This document shows, in pieces, positions 10,570 to 20,815 of a stretch of DNA of 64,000 bases; positions within the stretch are counted from its first letter, which is position 1; each line of letters begins with the position of its first letter. Under the pieces are notes generated by a model, which saw nothing but the letters and a program-made list of their open reading frames with translations, was not told the DNA's origin and searched no databases. The translations under genes were made by a program, and so were the position numbers. Origin of the DNA: Candidatus Latescibacterota bacterium (GTDB taxonomy: Bacteria > Latescibacterota > UBA2968 > GCA-2709665); contig OZ241917.1 in the NCBI GenBank assembly GCA_965203805.1, positions 5,216,001-5,280,000 of the forward strand. Direction: 5' to 3'.

Positions 10570-10752
10570 TTCAGATTATGCTGTTTCGTCCGCGACGTAA
10601 ACTGCCAATTTGCGGTACCGGTTCAGGCGCCTTCGGTGCTGATTCACTCCTCGTCACCTTGCAGGGGCGCCCTGGCTCCGGTGTTGGCGGTGATCCTCCG
10701 TGGCTTCTTGCCGCACGGGGTCATCGCTCTTTTTGGGAATCAACGTCAATGG

Positions 10753-11706
10753 CTACACGCTCTGATCATTCTCAACGTCGGTCAGTTCCACGTCCTTAAT
10801 ACGCTTCTTCCCCCTCTTCTCAATCTCCCGGACAAGGGAGGTCAGATCGACGGACTGTCTCAAAGAGACGTGATACGCAACGACGACCGTGCCATCCAGG
10901 TTCTCGATCACTTCAGCCACGTTCCACTTTGCGCCAACGGACTCGAGAGTCGGTCCTGCTGCTTTCTGTGCTGCGTCGACATTTGTTGCATGCACGGCTA
11001 TCCTGCAATTGGAGAAATCTTCCTGGGTTTCACCGCCCAATTCGGAGGTCTCCACCGATTTTTTGCGTGACACGAGTTTCCAGCCGGAGAGTATCGGAGG
11101 TTGGGCTCCGTAATTGGTCTTCCATACCCCAAGTGTTATGGTCACAAATGCCAGCGATGCGATGAATGCGACTGTCGTAAGCTGGGTACCGGCGGCCAGC
11201 CCGATCCCGATCACCATAAACATGTAAACGGCATCCATTGTCTCCCTGAGCGAGATCCGGAAACTGACGGCGGCCACGATGCCAGCCAGGCTGAACGCAA
11301 GGGCAAGACTGCCTTTAACCAGGAAGACAACCAGCGATATCGCTACGGGCATCACGAGCAACGTGTGCGCAAATGACTGGCTGTACTTCTTGGACGGCCG
11401 CGTCCAGGCATAGACCCACGTGATCGGAAGGGTAACCCCGAAGGACAGTACCAGAGCGACCACAACCGGAATCGTGTGCGCCGGATCGAGAAGGCGGTTT
11501 ATGCCTTCCTTGATGTTTCCAAGTGGAATTGCGGCATCGGCGCCCGAGCCAAGCGTTTTTCCCACGAATATGCGTTCTCGCTCCTTGGCGACGTAATGCA
11601 GGATTTCGGGATAGAAATGGAAGATCGAATTGAGAATCACCAGCCACACGACATAATAGAAGAGCAGACGTACGATGATGTTCTTGAACACGGCACCCTC
11701 CATCAT
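10753..11706 (-). CDS. DUF4956-family membrane protein
   Basis: Several TM helices; SLALAFSLAGIVAAVSFR...DAVYMFMVIGIGLAAG motif and soluble C-terminal domain. Confidence 0.75.
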   Translation of the reverse strand: MMEGAVFKNIIVRLLFYYVVWLVILNSIFHFYPEILHYVAKERERIFVGKTLGSGADAAIPLGNIKEGINRLLDPAHTIPVVVALVLSFGVTLPITWVYAWTRPSKKYSQSFAHTLLVMPVAISLVVFLVKGSLALAFSLAGIVAAVSFRISLRETMDAVYMFMVIGIGLAAGTQLTTVAFIASLAFVTITLGVWKTNYGAQPPILSGWKLVSRKKSVETSELGGETQEDFSNCRIAVHATNVDAAQKAAGPTLESVGAKWNVAEVIENLDGTVVVAYHVSLRQSVDLTSLVREIEKRGKKRIKDVELTDVENDQSV

Positions 11707-11709
11707 TAA

Positions 11710-14433
11710 CTAGAACATGAAACCAGCACGCAAATATACGCCCGTTAAATCATCGCCATTTACGACTGCCAGGCTCAAGGTATGCCGGCGTTTCAAAAGC
11801 GATAGCCAGAATCCGCCACCGAAACTCGCGTGCCATTGATCGGCGCCGGGCGGGTCTCCGTCGTAGAACACACGGCCCGCGTCTGCTATTCCGAACACGC
11901 CCAACTCTCCCCGGAACAGGAGCTTGATTCTCGCCAGAACCAGGCGCAATTCGGAATTTCCAAACAGCGCGGTATCGCCGGCAAAACGGTTTTTCCGGAA
12001 TCCTCGCAGGTTGCCGATGGATGTCCCGCTGCCGATAGCGCCCGGCCCCCCCAGGAACGCACTCTCGAAAAAGGGAAAGGAACCCCACAGCCTCCTGGCG
12101 CCGCCTCTCAGTGCAAGCGTCGGGTCGGCGGGAACACGAGCAGTCAGATAAGTACTGACTTCGCCGTCGATGCTGGCAAACGTCGATTCCACGTCCCAGA
12201 CGCCGGGATAGACGGCTGCACCCGCCCTTATCTGGACTCCGCGATCAGGATATCCCGGATTGTTGCGCGTATCGTACGTGAATTCACCCCTTGCGCCGAC
12301 CTGACCGAAGGAACCTGTACCATAAGGCGGCTCAACCGTCGAGGCGACAAATCTGCCTTTGTTGGATTCGAGCGGGGTGTTTGAATATTTGAGGATCGGC
12401 CCGAAATCCACGGTTACTTTCGACCGAAACGAACCCGGACCGTTCCCGGAAGTCTCTTCATTGCGTTCTACTGCCCGAAACTCGAACGCGGGGGCGATTT
12501 CGAGGGTTTTCTGCTCCACTTTGTAGTAGGAAGACGGATGCGGAACCTCGGTTTCGTTTCCGAACCCGTTGAAACGCAGCAACTGGATTCCGGAGTAATT
12601 GAAGTTGACTCTGGCGTCAAAGTCTGCCACAGGTTGGCGAAACTTCACGGTATAGGAAACAAAGGACTTGATGCTATTGATATCACTTTGCCTCGCAAGG
12701 CCGACGCTAAACAGATGTTGTGAAGAGTATGGGTACTTCCGATAGCCGAAATACTGCCGGTTATGTACTACTCCGGCGTAAATATTCAGGTCGGGGTTTA
12801 TTGTAAAAATCGGAAGCGTAATGGCCTGCATGCCCCAATCGAGCGCGTATCTTGCACGGAGAATCCGGGCGGGCGGGCGTTTGTACGGCCGCCCGTCGAT
12901 CCTGGCACCGGTGTACCGGTTTTTTCCACGATAATCATAGTAGCGGATCTCCGAGTCACCGTTCCGCGATGAATCTGTGAGCGTGTCGTCCCCGCCGCCG
13001 CCATCGATACGGACGCGAATCCGACCGTTCGTCCCCGATATCTCCGCACGGTCATCTCCGCCACGGAGGTATACCCGCACTTCCCGGGTTTCTTTGCGAT
13101 GGAAGGTCCTCTGGAAGTAGGGTGTTTCCTTCGAGCCGAACGTGTTTTCCATCAGCCCGAGACGGAGAACGAGATCACCGTCGGGCAAGTGTTCCAAATG
13201 CACGTACTCATCCCTGTCGGTCGCCTGAATTTCGACCTGACGGGAGATGAATTCATAGTATCCGGCGGCGAATTCGGGCAACGCGTTCCGACGGGATTTG
13301 AGGGCGTACGTCAATGTCTCCCCCACAAGCCTGTAATACGGTGGCGGCAGTTTTCGTACGGCTTCCTCGATGACGTCATCGGTCAGACTGGCGCAAAACG
13401 CGTACGCTACCGAATCCCAGGCCGCCTTTTGAAGTTCGGCCAGAAACTCCCGGTCCAGTTCCCAGCCCGTGGTCGACAAGCCCACCGGGTTTGGATACCT
13501 GGCGTCGAATCTGATCTGCCTGGGGAGCCCGATTCTCGCCACCGCCATTGCAAGTCCCTCAAAGCCGATAAACGCCTGGTCGCGGTCCTCCGGTATCGGA
13601 AGCCAGGTATGACAGGCGCCATCGGGAAACCGCGCCCACCTCCACTGACCGTAATGACGATCCTTGTCGTTGATGAGAAAATCCATCAGTCTCGCCTTTA
13701 GATAGGCACGGGCGTCCACGCGGTGGCAGGGACCCTTTTCCAGGTGTTTCCACAGCTTCTCCGTGCCGCTGATCTTGCGGGATCCCGCGAATCCGGGTGT
13801 ATCGCCGGCGCCTTCCGAAGGGTGTTCCTGCAGCATGCCTATCAGGCCGGCGAATTGCGCGCGGTACTCCTTGAGCCTGGGATCGTCCGGAATGACGACG
13901 AGCGTATGCTTTGCGTGGAGGATGCCCGCGGCTTCCATCAGCGGATCGACCACGAGCGCCCCGGTCGGCAGAAGCGCGCTGATCAGATCCTGCAGGACGT
14001 CGTCCGCAATTGTATCCTTGAGCTCGTCCCATATCTTCCTGGACGGATCTTTATCCAGGGAACGTACCGTATAGCGGCGGCCGTCATTTCCTGAAAAGTG
14101 AAGGGAGACGGACTGTCCGGCGCCGCCGGGACGAAGCGGCGTCAGGCCGCCGCCTACGCTGTCAAGGTCCAGCACTGCAACCTCGATCGGCGTTGTCCAG
14201 AGATCCCTGTAGTTGCCGCCGTAGAACCAGCGTTTGAGCCCGCCGGCTCGAAACCTTTCCCCTGGAACCACCACGTGGGTCTTTGCGCCATTCGGAGGAA
14301 TTGAATGGTGAATCCTGTACCCCGGCGTCGGCGAATCCTTCTGTGGCGCCGATTCTGTCGGAACAGGAAAAGCGAACGACAACAGAATCAAAGAAGGGAG
14401 CCAGTTGGGAAATACCATCCTTGTACGGTTCAT
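11710..14433 (-). CDS. Omp85/BamA-TamA-type outer membrane protein with N-terminal atypical kinase-like domain
   Basis: Signal-like N-terminus; YDTRNN...LRGFRKNRFAG barrel motifs; terminal Phe (AGFMF); DFLINDKDRHYGQW and PIPEDRDQAF in the N-terminal half. Start uncertain (14487/14433/14418). Confidence 0.75.
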   Translation of the reverse strand: MNRTRMVFPNWLPSLILLSFAFPVPTESAPQKDSPTPGYRIHHSIPPNGAKTHVVVPGERFRAGGLKRWFYGGNYRDLWTTPIEVAVLDLDSVGGGLTPLRPGGAGQSVSLHFSGNDGRRYTVRSLDKDPSRKIWDELKDTIADDVLQDLISALLPTGALVVDPLMEAAGILHAKHTLVVIPDDPRLKEYRAQFAGLIGMLQEHPSEGAGDTPGFAGSRKISGTEKLWKHLEKGPCHRVDARAYLKARLMDFLINDKDRHYGQWRWARFPDGACHTWLPIPEDRDQAFIGFEGLAMAVARIGLPRQIRFDARYPNPVGLSTTGWELDREFLAELQKAAWDSVAYAFCASLTDDVIEEAVRKLPPPYYRLVGETLTYALKSRRNALPEFAAGYYEFISRQVEIQATDRDEYVHLEHLPDGDLVLRLGLMENTFGSKETPYFQRTFHRKETREVRVYLRGGDDRAEISGTNGRIRVRIDGGGGDDTLTDSSRNGDSEIRYYDYRGKNRYTGARIDGRPYKRPPARILRARYALDWGMQAITLPIFTINPDLNIYAGVVHNRQYFGYRKYPYSSQHLFSVGLARQSDINSIKSFVSYTVKFRQPVADFDARVNFNYSGIQLLRFNGFGNETEVPHPSSYYKVEQKTLEIAPAFEFRAVERNEETSGNGPGSFRSKVTVDFGPILKYSNTPLESNKGRFVASTVEPPYGTGSFGQVGARGEFTYDTRNNPGYPDRGVQIRAGAAVYPGVWDVESTFASIDGEVSTYLTARVPADPTLALRGGARRLWGSFPFFESAFLGGPGAIGSGTSIGNLRGFRKNRFAGDTALFGNSELRLVLARIKLLFRGELGVFGIADAGRVFYDGDPPGADQWHASFGGGFWLSLLKRRHTLSLAVVNGDDLTGVYLRAGFMF

Positions 14434-14490
14434 TTTAAGAGTATCAAAGATGACTTGCAAACCAAACGGTCGAAAACACGCATGCAAACG

Positions 14491-16737
14491 TCAAAATCCA
14501 AATCCGATTCCCGTATAGATCCGGATTTTTCTTTTTTCAGTGCTTACAACGTCAACGCGCATGGGACCAAGGAAAGATGTGTTGACATATCCGCCGATTC
14601 CAAATCCGTGGATCCAGACATTCGGCCGGTTGGGATTGGTAACCATATTATAAATACCGCCCTGGTAGAAAACCCCGATTGCACTGCGAGGCAGGGTTTC
14701 CCAGGTTTTTACGTGTTTCCAGACAGATACGCCCAGGGAGACGAACCTCGATACCTTCAGTTCGTCTCGATTGAGTCCAACCACGGGCAATGCCGCGTCA
14801 CTGAAGTGTCCGGCTCCACCTAAAGCGAGATATTCGTGCATGGGCGCCGACCGTGTCACATAGCCTCCCGAGGACCGGACGCCGACGCTCAATCGCGAAT
14901 ACGGGCTGGAGAAAATCGCGAACTCTGTCTGCAACTGTTTCTGCGAATATGCCGGCCGGACCCATTTTATCCGTGTTCGAAAGTAGATCCCTCTTTTCGG
15001 CAAATGCGAATTGTCCCGCGTGTCTATACTCCCTGAAAACCACAGACCGGGCATATACTCGGACGCGTTGTCGATTGAGCGGTCGACATTGCGGATGCGG
15101 ACCTGCTCTACCTGATATCCCGCTTTGAGACCGCCCCAACTTCCGAACAGAACCTGCATGCCCATTCGTGCACGAAGACGCCTCTCTTTGTACGCGCCCC
15201 GGCGTTGCCGGTCCTGAAAATACAGCCTCTCCTGATGCCATCCCCGAAGCTCACCGAGAAGACGCAGACTCCCGGATGAGCGGAAGAACAGGTTCAATTC
15301 CGCAAAGCTCAAATTGCCCGCCATGCCACGCAGATAGAGCTCGGATACCCGGCCGTAAGTGCTTTGGTGTACGAACTCGCCCAGTGCCGAAACCCGAAAA
15401 TCGTTGTCGTAACGAAGTCCCGCTCTCACCTCGCTGGGTGGGTTTTCAAGCACGTAAAAAACCAGCTCCGTCCGGCCTTCACGGTCAAGAATCTGGTAAT
15501 TTACAGTCTGGAACAATCCCGTGGCGTAAAGGCGGGCGGATTCGCTTTCCAGCTTCCGAAACGACACGGGCTTATTTTTGATGTTTTCAAACCGCCGTTC
15601 GAACAATTCGTGCGAATAGCGCTTCAGACCTTTAATCCGTACCCGGTCAATGACAATATCGGGCGGAATATCCGTCCACTTCCTGATGTCAAGACCGTCT
15701 GGTAGAATTGACGTTCCGGACGCTCCGGTCCGCCTGGAAACCCCGAGCGTCCCCAGTGCACTCCGGATGGCCTTCAGGTGGTTTTCGGCTTCCGTGATCC
15801 CAATCGCGATCAAGGTGTGGGAGAGATTGAAATCGGCGCCATCGAATCCCTTCAGATCGGGTGTCATCAACACATGCGCGAGTTTTCGATTTGCGATCTT
15901 TTTCTCTTCAATTCGAAAACTGACCGCCTGATCGATGACGTCGACGATATCGTCGACTTCATGTTTTCGAGTCCGCAGGGGCGTGGCACAATCCACGGCG
16001 ATAACCAGATCAGCGCCCGCGTCCAGTGCGACATCCACCGGCAGATTATTAACAATGCCCCCGTCGACAAGATGGGTCTGTTCTGTGCTCATCGGCGCAA
16101 ATATGCCGGGGACTGAAATACTGGCCCTGATCGCAGCGCCTAAAGAGCCACTCTTGAGCACGACCTGGTCTCCGGACAGGATATCTGTTGCGATCGCGCG
16201 AAATGGAATGGGAAGCCGATCAAAATCGCTTCGGGCCCGATAGGTCGCGCCCAGGGTCAACTGATTGAGAAATTGCTGGATCTTCTGCCCGGCGAAGATG
16301 CCGTAAGGCAATTTCAGTTCCAGGTTATCGAGCCGCAATGCGACCATCTGACGATCGGCCACGGGTTTGCGATTCAGATTGGACAGACGACGGTCGGGGC
16401 TGTTGTTCGTGATTTCTCCCCAGTCCGTGTCCGCGATTATACGTTCAAGATTGTCGACAGAATATCCTGCAGCGTACAACCCTCCCACAAGAGCGCCGTA
16501 GCTGACACCGACGATAAGATCAATGGGGACGCCTTCACGCTCCAGCACGCGCAACACGCCGATATGCGCCCCGCCTCGCGCGCCCCCGCCACTGAGCACA
16601 AGGGCGACCCGGGGTCGTTGATCCGCAAAAGAAGGAAGCGCAAAAAGGGCAATGCCTATACACAACAGACCCGCGCTCCGGGCGGACTGGCTTTGAACGA
16701 TACAGCGATTCTTCCCTGGATGCTTCCCGCCAAACAT
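14491..16737 (-). CDS. Patatin-like phospholipase with POTRA and Omp85-type barrel (PlpD-like)
   Basis: LSGGGARGGAHIG, GVSYG (GxSxG), LVDGG; POTRA-like segment; C-terminal GIGFGF. ORF extends to 16848, start uncertain. Confidence 0.88.
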   Translation of the reverse strand: MFGGKHPGKNRCIVQSQSARSAGLLCIGIALFALPSFADQRPRVALVLSGGGARGGAHIGVLRVLEREGVPIDLIVGVSYGALVGGLYAAGYSVDNLERIIADTDWGEITNNSPDRRLSNLNRKPVADRQMVALRLDNLELKLPYGIFAGQKIQQFLNQLTLGATYRARSDFDRLPIPFRAIATDILSGDQVVLKSGSLGAAIRASISVPGIFAPMSTEQTHLVDGGIVNNLPVDVALDAGADLVIAVDCATPLRTRKHEVDDIVDVIDQAVSFRIEEKKIANRKLAHVLMTPDLKGFDGADFNLSHTLIAIGITEAENHLKAIRSALGTLGVSRRTGASGTSILPDGLDIRKWTDIPPDIVIDRVRIKGLKRYSHELFERRFENIKNKPVSFRKLESESARLYATGLFQTVNYQILDREGRTELVFYVLENPPSEVRAGLRYDNDFRVSALGEFVHQSTYGRVSELYLRGMAGNLSFAELNLFFRSSGSLRLLGELRGWHQERLYFQDRQRRGAYKERRLRARMGMQVLFGSWGGLKAGYQVEQVRIRNVDRSIDNASEYMPGLWFSGSIDTRDNSHLPKRGIYFRTRIKWVRPAYSQKQLQTEFAIFSSPYSRLSVGVRSSGGYVTRSAPMHEYLALGGAGHFSDAALPVVGLNRDELKVSRFVSLGVSVWKHVKTWETLPRSAIGVFYQGGIYNMVTNPNRPNVWIHGFGIGGYVNTSFLGPMRVDVVSTEKRKIRIYTGIGFGF

Positions 16738-17046
16738 CCGGTACCCTGCTTTGGATGGACCGTTCGTTCCAGGCGCCACACAGCTTGCAACTGACTTGAA
16801 TGCCCCTGAAGAAAGGTAGTATTCGAACCCGTGGCTTCGTATGTTCAAGATAGTGGCCGGAGGGTCTCTCCCGCAAGTCCTTCATTGCGGCAGAAGCGTA
16901 ATCGGACCGACGCGTATGCCGCGGACAGAACTCCTTTTTGGTACTCGACCTGAGTCCAGGCGGCCGGTTCGACGTTCGTCTTCGGAGGGCGGTCACTCGA
17001 ACTGGTCTTTTTGTCCGGCTTCAGCATTATCGACAGGAGGTGAAAC

Positions 17047-20000
17047 ATGGAGAACCTGGCGTTGTACATGAATGGAAGCCGGCCGTACGTAAGCAGCATT
17101 TCGTACAACTACCACGCCTCCAGGATCAACGACGGGATCCGGCCGACTGAAGTGGCCTCCACGAGCGATACGGCCTGGGTTTCGGCGTCCGAACCCCTGC
17201 CGCAGTGGGCGGCGGTTGTGTTTGCGAGGGCCGCCCGGGTTGACCGCGTGGTGGTTTACTGGGGGAAGGGACGAATGCCCGAATCCTCGCGCAGAATCGA
17301 AGTCCAGGGACGGGTCGAGGGCGCGTGGGCGGCCATCGCGGCGAGGGATATCCCGACGCCCGGGCTTAAGACCGAACTGGTGTTCGATCCTGTTCAGATT
17401 GAGGCGGTACGGATTTGGCAGGACGCGGATGGAGGGCCGGAATCAACGCCGGGCCGGATGCACGTCGCGCAGCTTGAAGCGTACGGCGATTTCGTCGAAG
17501 ATCGAGCGGTGGATTGTCTGAAGATCCGTGATTCGCTCCGGGAGGAGTGGGAGCGCAATTTCCAGGCGTCGCGGCGGGAGATTACGCGGGAGGTGCTGGA
17601 ACGGATCGACCGATCCTCCGCGCTCCGGTCGTTGACCGGACCGGTGCGGGTTGACGAAATCGCGCGTGCGCGGCGCAACCGCGCGTCCACGGCGTGGGGC
17701 AGGGCGCAGGCTGACAGGATCCTGAACGATGCGTCGTGGTGGCTGGACAAGGACGATGAGTTTATCTACCGAATGATCCCCACGGAGAATCCCCGGGCGA
17801 TTTCGCCGAGTTACGAGCGGGGTTGTCCGATCCACGGCGGCGGGCGCAAATGTATGCGGACGAATACGGCGCTGGAGTACCGGTGGCAGTGCGTCATCGG
17901 CGGGGAGTGGTGGTACAACGGCGCGGTCGTACAAAATCCGGCCACGGGAGAGCCGGTGGAGGTGCGGGACGACGACGACGGATGGACCGCGCCGGAGGGA
18001 TTCCCTGATGCCGGCACGGTCTACCACTTCAATTCCGCGTGGCGATATTATGCGCTCACAAAGCTGTTCTTTCATCCTTACGAGTTGACGATCCCTTCCC
18101 GGGATGCCTATACCGGCGATACGGCCATTCTGCAGTTGTCGCGCGCCTATGCAATTACAGGCGACGAGCGGTACGCCCATAGAGCCGGCGTTATGCTGAA
18201 CCGGCTGGCGGAGGTCTACCGGTACTGCAATGGAACGGTGGACGAGCAGCGTCCGCTGACGCGCGGCTATGTGGTGCAGGTGAGCTGGGAAGAAATGCTG
18301 ATTTATAACTGTATGTCTGCCTGCGACCTGGTGATGGACTCCATGTTGAAAGACGAAGCACTCCTGGCATTCTTCAGGGCAAAGGGCGACTGCGACTACA
18401 ATTCCGACGGACGGGTGGACTTCGAGGACATCCGCTACAATATCCGGCACAATCTGTTCGGCTATATGTACGAGTGGCTGCACCGGGCCATGGCGATCCA
18501 GACCGGGGACTACATCATACGGGAAGGCCTGGTGCTCTGGGCGCTGGGCGAAATGCTCGGCAATGAGGAACTGGTAGACGAGGCCATCGAAGGGCGGTAC
18601 GGTCTGGCCGTAAATTTGACCAACAACACGTTCCGCGACGGAAAGTGGTGGTACGACGCGCCCGGCTACTCGGTGAGTTCGATGACGCGGACGATTCTGG
18701 ACCGGCTGTTTTCGATGAAGGGCACGGAACGGCTCCGTGATCCCCGCCTCCGGATTCGTGAGTCCATAGCGTTCGCCCGGAACATCTATTGCGATGGCCG
18801 GATTCCCGCAATCGGCGACACTGGAGGCGGCGATTCCAGAATGAAGGTGCTGGATCCGCTCGCGAACTGCGACGTCGAGGAACTGGCATATATCCACACC
18901 GGTGACGACGAGTATCGGAGCCGGCTGCTCGCGCTCTCGGAAGGGGACGTGGACGGGGCCAGAGAGCGATATGCCGATGCGAACCTGCTGTTTCACGCGG
19001 ATGCGGTCGCTGGAACCGCCGCCCCGCATGTCCCCGGCACGACGCTCTTCCACGACTCGGGCATCGCGATCCTCAGGACGGGGAGCGAAGTGGCGACGAG
19101 GAAGCATCTGGTTTTGAACTACGGAAAGGGCAGCGGCGGACACGGGCACCGGGACAAGCTGTCGATCAACCTGATTGCGTTCGGGTACGATCTGGCGTGC
19201 GATCTGGGGTATCCGACGACGTTTACGCACAAGAAGGTGGACGGATGGGAGAAGCATACCGCCAGCCATGCGACCGTTTGCATCGATGGCCGGGCGCAGG
19301 AAATCGCCACGGGCAGCCTGCGGTTCTTCGGACGCACGCCGGGAATGCAGGCCGTCTGCGCATCCGGAGAACGGGCGTATCCGGAATGCGCCGGGGTGTA
19401 CGAGCGGACGCTTGTGATGGTGGATGCGCCGGGATCCGACACGTATGTCTTTGATCTGTTCCGCGTCCGGGGAGGCGCGACCCACGACTATATGTTCCGG
19501 AGTCTGAGCGGGGACGACGGCGAGGGCTTCAGTACGGAATTTCCCGCCGGGACGAAGACGGTGCGCCAGCCCGGGGGTACGGCCGCGGGGGAAGACGTTG
19601 CGTTCGGGACCTCGCCCGGGCCCGGATATATCAAGGATGTCACCCGGAGGTTCTGTTCGGGCACGTGGTCCGCCACGTGGCGGGCGGGTGACGAGGACAG
19701 TACGGGCATCCGCCTGACGATGCTGGGGCATTCCGGCCGGGAGATTATTAATGGAAAGGGAGAAGGATTCGGGTTTTTCGGACAGAGTCCGTGGGACGCG
19801 TGCGTGGCGGTGAGACAATCGACTGAAGGCGGCGAGTCGATCTTCACAGGCGTGCTGGAGCCGTTCCAGGGCGAACCCTTCGTCAGGTCGGTGGTAGCGT
19901 TGGACGTGTCAGGTGGTATCGGCGCAAGGGTATGCCTGGATGGCAGAACCGATTACGTGTATCGCAGATTGAAGTCGGGGTCAGTCTGTACGACAGCCAT

Positions 20001-20682
20001 CGACGGCGTTCCCGTGGCGTTCGACGCGGAGGTGGCGAGGATTGTCTTTCATGATTCCGGCGAACGCGAATTGCAGTTGCTGCAGGGCACACGGATGCGG
20101 CTTGGAGACGAGGTCCTCGAGTGCGGGGCGAACCCTGCCGGCCGGGTAGACGACGTCGATCCGGAGGACCGGTCGGTCATTCTGGTCATGGATTCCGGGG
20201 ACGGAATTCTCAGGGGAGATCTGATCGTGTTCAGCAACCCGGCCTATGCGTGCAATTCCAGCTACGAAGTTACCGCCGCTGAAGCGATGGACGGAAACCG
20301 GTTCAGGATAGGGTTAAGCATGTCCCTGAACCTGTCGGAAGGCGTTGTACGATCGGTAGACAGTGCGCGCGGTTTATTTGCGACGGACACATGCATGACC
20401 AAGCTGGAAGCGTGTCCGGGCGGACTGTTCGACGGGAAGGCGGTCCACTCGGCCGGCAGAGCCGTCGGCGCGATCGAGACGGCGGGGAAAGACATCCTCG
20501 GGCCGGAAGAACGGACATTTGCGAGCGGGACAGGCGGCGGGAGTGCGTCCTTGAACTATTTCAGGTACCAGGATCCGCGCTCGGCGTCGCGGATTGACGT
20601 GGGGGACCGGTTCCTGGTGTGCGACCTGAATGCGGGCGATCGCTTTGAGGTCATGCGATCGGTATTCAGGACCGTTGGGTGA
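17047..20682 (+). CDS. Heparinase II/III-like protein with N-terminal discoidin-like domain
   Basis: N-terminal SDTAWVS...LPQWAAV...QLEAYG (F5/8-like); DSGIAILR, GHGHRDKLSI, DLGY, SHATV; RBS AGGAGG. Confidence 0.75.
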   Translation: MENLALYMNGSRPYVSSISYNYHASRINDGIRPTEVASTSDTAWVSASEPLPQWAAVVFARAARVDRVVVYWGKGRMPESSRRIEVQGRVEGAWAAIAARDIPTPGLKTELVFDPVQIEAVRIWQDADGGPESTPGRMHVAQLEAYGDFVEDRAVDCLKIRDSLREEWERNFQASRREITREVLERIDRSSALRSLTGPVRVDEIARARRNRASTAWGRAQADRILNDASWWLDKDDEFIYRMIPTENPRAISPSYERGCPIHGGGRKCMRTNTALEYRWQCVIGGEWWYNGAVVQNPATGEPVEVRDDDDGWTAPEGFPDAGTVYHFNSAWRYYALTKLFFHPYELTIPSRDAYTGDTAILQLSRAYAITGDERYAHRAGVMLNRLAEVYRYCNGTVDEQRPLTRGYVVQVSWEEMLIYNCMSACDLVMDSMLKDEALLAFFRAKGDCDYNSDGRVDFEDIRYNIRHNLFGYMYEWLHRAMAIQTGDYIIREGLVLWALGEMLGNEELVDEAIEGRYGLAVNLTNNTFRDGKWWYDAPGYSVSSMTRTILDRLFSMKGTERLRDPRLRIRESIAFARNIYCDGRIPAIGDTGGGDSRMKVLDPLANCDVEELAYIHTGDDEYRSRLLALSEGDVDGARERYADANLLFHADAVAGTAAPHVPGTTLFHDSGIAILRTGSEVATRKHLVLNYGKGSGGHGHRDKLSINLIAFGYDLACDLGYPTTFTHKKVDGWEKHTASHATVCIDGRAQEIATGSLRFFGRTPGMQAVCASGERAYPECAGVYERTLVMVDAPGSDTYVFDLFRVRGGATHDYMFRSLSGDDGEGFSTEFPAGTKTVRQPGGTAAGEDVAFGTSPGPGYIKDVTRRFCSGTWSATWRAGDEDSTGIRLTMLGHSGREIINGKGEGFGFFGQSPWDACVAVRQSTEGGESIFTGVLEPFQGEPFVRSVVALDVSGGIGARVCLDGRTDYVYRRLKSGSVCTTAIDGVPVAFDAEVARIVFHDSGERELQLLQGTRMRLGDEVLECGANPAGRVDDVDPEDRSVILVMDSGDGILRGDLIVFSNPAYACNSSYEVTAAEAMDGNRFRIGLSMSLNLSEGVVRSVDSARGLFATDTCMTKLEACPGGLFDGKAVHSAGRAVGAIETAGKDILGPEERTFASGTGGGSASLNYFRYQDPRSASRIDVGDRFLVCDLNAGDRFEVMRSVFRTVG

Positions 20683-20690
20683 ACAATCAC

Positions 20691-20809
20691 AAAAAAAACG
20701 GCCATTACCAGAGGCCCCAAGGTAGTGGTATCTGCGGGCTGACGATCGACTGAACGATTCTCAGGTGCCGCTAAAGGTTGGCTACCTCTGGCGCCTGGGC
20801 AATGGCTTG
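20691..20809 (-). ncRNA. Candidate orphan rod-shaped small RNA (about 118 nt)
   Basis: Preceded by TTGACT-N17-TATCTT. Folds end-to-end (GCCAUUGCC/GGUAAUGGC closing stem with a G-U pair) and ends in U8. Confidence 0.55.
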
Positions 20810-20815
20810 CGTGAC

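Noticed and set aside
10600-10700. Possible glycine riboswitch on the minus strand (GAGGAG...CACCGAAGGCGC)
   Set aside because: The CTCTCAGG element and closing stem are missing, and the gene context does not fit.
17443-19818. 791-aa minus-strand ORF
   Set aside because: Antisense shadow of the heparinase-like gene; low-complexity Arg/Pro-rich composition.
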